Of a stretch of DNA of 64,000 nucleotides, positions 61,496 through 64,000 are shown in pieces. The number at the start of each line of letters is the position of its first letter. The stretch's first letter is position 1. The notes under the pieces were generated by a model that worked only from the letters and a program-made list of their open reading frames with translations, had not been told where the DNA came from and searched no databases. Where the stretch lies: the NCBI GenBank assembly GCA_964188305.1, contig OZ076885.1; one strand, given 5' to 3'. Made by a program: the position numbers and the translations under genes. This stretch comes from Podarcis bocagei. Its lineage: Eukaryota.

Positions 61496-61961
61496 TGTCA
61501 TGGGCAATTCTCAGGAGAGCTTGTGGTGGAGGCAGAGGACCAGGTGAGTGACCCAGGAGAAGGGACCAGTGATTTATGGGGTGCAAGGCAGAAGGCATGC
61601 ACACAGCAAGGTCCTCCAGTGGTGGAAGAAAAAGAGGCTGTTCAGCTGACAGGTGGGTCAGACTCTCCACCTTTCCCTGCCCCGCTGAACCAGGGGGGCT
61701 CAAAGTGGAACAGCAGTGACTTCCATGCAGGAGAAGTCTCAGGTTATGGGCGCACAACCTATCAGAGGAGGGTTTGTAAGTGGGAAGAGGGATGGGGTCT
61801 CCCTGTTGTTGCAACTGACCCAGACCTGTGGATACCTGCCTAGAGGTGGGAAGTGTATGGGCATGTGTATTTGGAGCACCGTGGAAGCTGCTGTGTTTCT
61901 TTTGATAACAAAGAGTTAACTATCAGACGTGTGCCTTCCTTATATGGGACAGGCCGTGACA
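61496..61961 (+). mobile_element. solo LTR
   Basis: inverted termini TGTCATGG...CCGTGACA; 5-bp TSD cctga/cctgg. Confidence 0.65.
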
Positions 61962-62025
61962 CCTGGCCAGGTTTTTCCAAGCAGCAAGCACATCAATTCA
62001 GTGTGCATGCCACGGTCAGTCAATA

Positions 62026-62832
62026 CAGTCACGCCTTGGTACTCATATGTTTTGGCTCCCAAACGCCAAAAACCCAGAAGTGGTTTTCAAACGTTTTCCA
62101 GAAGGCGAACATCCGATGCAACTTCTGCTTGAGTGCAGGAAGCTCCTGCAATCAAACGGAAACCGTGCCTTGATTTTTGAACTTTTTGGAAGTCAAACAG
62201 ACTTCTGGAACAGATTACGTTCGAGAACCAAGTGTGATGGCCTGGGAATCGGATTCAGAGGCTGAACCTGAGGAATCCCAGCCTGCACAGGAGTCCCCGC
62301 CTTCAGGGCCGGCTGAGCTGGGGCTTGAACCTGAAGGGCCCTCACCTGTGCCGAATCCTCAGGAGCAGACACCAGCTGAATCCGCTCTGGCTCCTGAGGG
62401 GGTGAAGGACCCATTGCCTGCAGATGCTCCACTCTCAGCCCTGTCAGGGGAAGGTGAGGTTGCCTCTGGGTCCAGTAACCCTCCGGCCTCTCCTGAGCTG
62501 AGAGGCGGAGGGAACTAAGTTCTCCCAGGAGGAGTGCTCGCCTTCAGGCCAGGAGAGGCAAGTCACCTGTGGACCAGGGCTGCCCTATGCCTCGGGGCAG
62601 ATAAAAGCCAGTCAGCCCAGTCCCAGACTGTGGGAGCAACATCATTGGTAACCTGTTCCTGCCGGCACCCTGTCCTGCTCTCCTGCCAGAGTTCCTGACC
62701 ACGCTCGACTCCTCGCTTTGGACCTCGCTTCGCCCCTGATGGACAGCCTCCATACCCTCGACCTAGGACTGGACTTAGACCACGCCACACAGTAAACCCC
62801 CCCCCCAGGACCAGCACACCAAGGTACCAATG
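62026..62832. mobile_element. mariner-type MITE whose right TIR is split by a solo LTR
   Basis: TA|CAGTCACGCCTTGG...GAACCAAG[insert]CCAAGGTACCAATG|TA. Confidence 0.7.
62233..62818 (+). mobile_element. solo LTR (586 bp)
   Basis: TGTG...CACA termini; perfect 5-bp TSD ccaag (62228-62232, 62819-62823); GATAAAA and AGTAAA motifs. Confidence 0.78.
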
Positions 62833-62979
62833 TACAATCATTGTGGTGGCGCCATCTTATTCCTGCTGCTCTTGATGGCAGACTGGGAGCTAAGAGGATT
62901 TGCACGGGATTCGTCATGGATTGGATCCCTCCAAACCAACCAGCTCTAGATTTGCGTGGCAGTTCCAAGAGTGAATGTA

Positions 62980-63258
62980 CCGTGTTTTTCCGTGTAAAAG
63001 ACACTCCCATGTATAAGATGACCCCTATATTTTTAAACCCCCAAAATATTAAGAAATCAATATTTTAAACATCAAACAGAACAAATCTGAGCTTTTTTAA
63101 GGAAGATGTTGCCCAAAGTTGTTCAGTTTTTTTGAAGGAAGTTGGCTAAACCGGAACCCAAGTGCATTCACCATCCATGTATCAGATGACCCGCAATTTT
63201 TGACTGATTATTAATTTTTTTGGCAAAAAAATGTTGTCTTATACAGGGGAAAATACAG
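62980..63258. mobile_element. Tc1/mariner (pogo-like) MITE
   Basis: TA|CCGTGTTTTTCCGTGTAAAAGAC...GTCTTATACAGGGGAAAATACAG|TA. Confidence 0.7.
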
Positions 63259-64000
63259 TACATCATTTTGAGTGGGGGGGGGGGTTCTGTGTCAGCAAAC
63301 TCGCCTTGTCTTGCTCAAAATGATCTCCTCTCCAGCATCAAGCTCAGGCCAAAACCATTTGCATTTTGACATCAGAAATCAATTGTGCACAGCGTTGACT
63401 GGCTAGCGTCTGTGCATCACACACCCGCCGTCCCTGGAGCCGCTTTGAAACTGTTGAAAAATGATTTCAAAATATGACTTTCTGTATTCGTTTCGCCTTA
63501 ATTTTTAATTTTATTTCAAAATTAAATTCTGGGAGTGAAGGGAATAAAGTTCTCAAATAAAGCGATAAGCAGCACTTTAAAACAACGTTCAAAGGCCTCG
63601 AAGTAACGTGAAAGGTTCAAGAAGTACAACTGAATCAGCATTTAAATGTCTGGTTGGTGCATCTCTCAGATGCGTTGTGAAGAGAAGGGGCAGCTGGACT
63701 CAAAGGGGACAGACGGACAAGCAAATCTTCTTTTAAAATATGTCTTTATGCATGTAATGAGCATGGGTGGCTTGAAGAACCAAAAGAGGCAGGCAATCTA
63801 AAAATAAAAGAAAAATTCCTTTCCCCTGACGAATATTTTCTGGTCCCTAATGCTCCCCTTCTCCCAAAATACCACTGCCTCAGCCCCCACTTCCCTTCAT
63901 CTGCAATTGCAGCGTGGAAAAGAGCAGCGATAGTCAGCCCCTATCATGCTTTCGCATCATGTTTCCATGCACCTTAGAGTCGCACCGTGTGGGCTTGCGC

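Noticed and set aside
62177-62518. Acidic/proline-rich ORF (similar ones at 61523 and 58309)
   Set aside because: Lie within LTR-like repeats, are low complexity and have no splice or domain support.
22700-64000. A second host protein-coding gene downstream of JAG2
   Set aside because: No ORF or spliced exon chain resembling a known protein was found; small or non-coding exons cannot be excluded by eye.

Overview
Vertebrate genomic DNA, most likely a squamate and probably a lacertid lizard (inferred from Sauria SINE, Bov-B and Squam-type repeats). Positions 7-19261 (+) hold the 3' half of JAG2 (Jagged-2, a Notch ligand): 14 GT-AG coding exons (numbered 13-26 by analogy with the human JAG genes) that splice in frame to 2130 nt (709 aa plus stop). 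They encode EGF9-16, the cysteine-rich/vWC region, the transmembrane helix and the cytoplasmic tail, and are followed by an AT-rich 3' UTR. I recognise no host gene in the remaining ~43 kb. It is a mosaic of Sauria SINEs, tRNA-derived SINEs, truncated L1, L2, CR1, RTE and Bov-B LINEs, hAT and Tc1/mariner-type MITEs, solo LTRs, microsatellites, a degenerate telomere-like tract and a 271-N gap. The most notable signal is a pair of TSD-flanked, long-palindrome Penelope-like insertions in JAG2 introns, each carrying a minimal hammerhead-ribozyme motif on the transcribed strand. Other points of interest are a JAG2 exon that begins with a consensus splice donor, and several cleanly resolvable nested or inverted retrotransposition events. 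Repeat family names come from motif recognition only, and many repeat boundaries are approximate.
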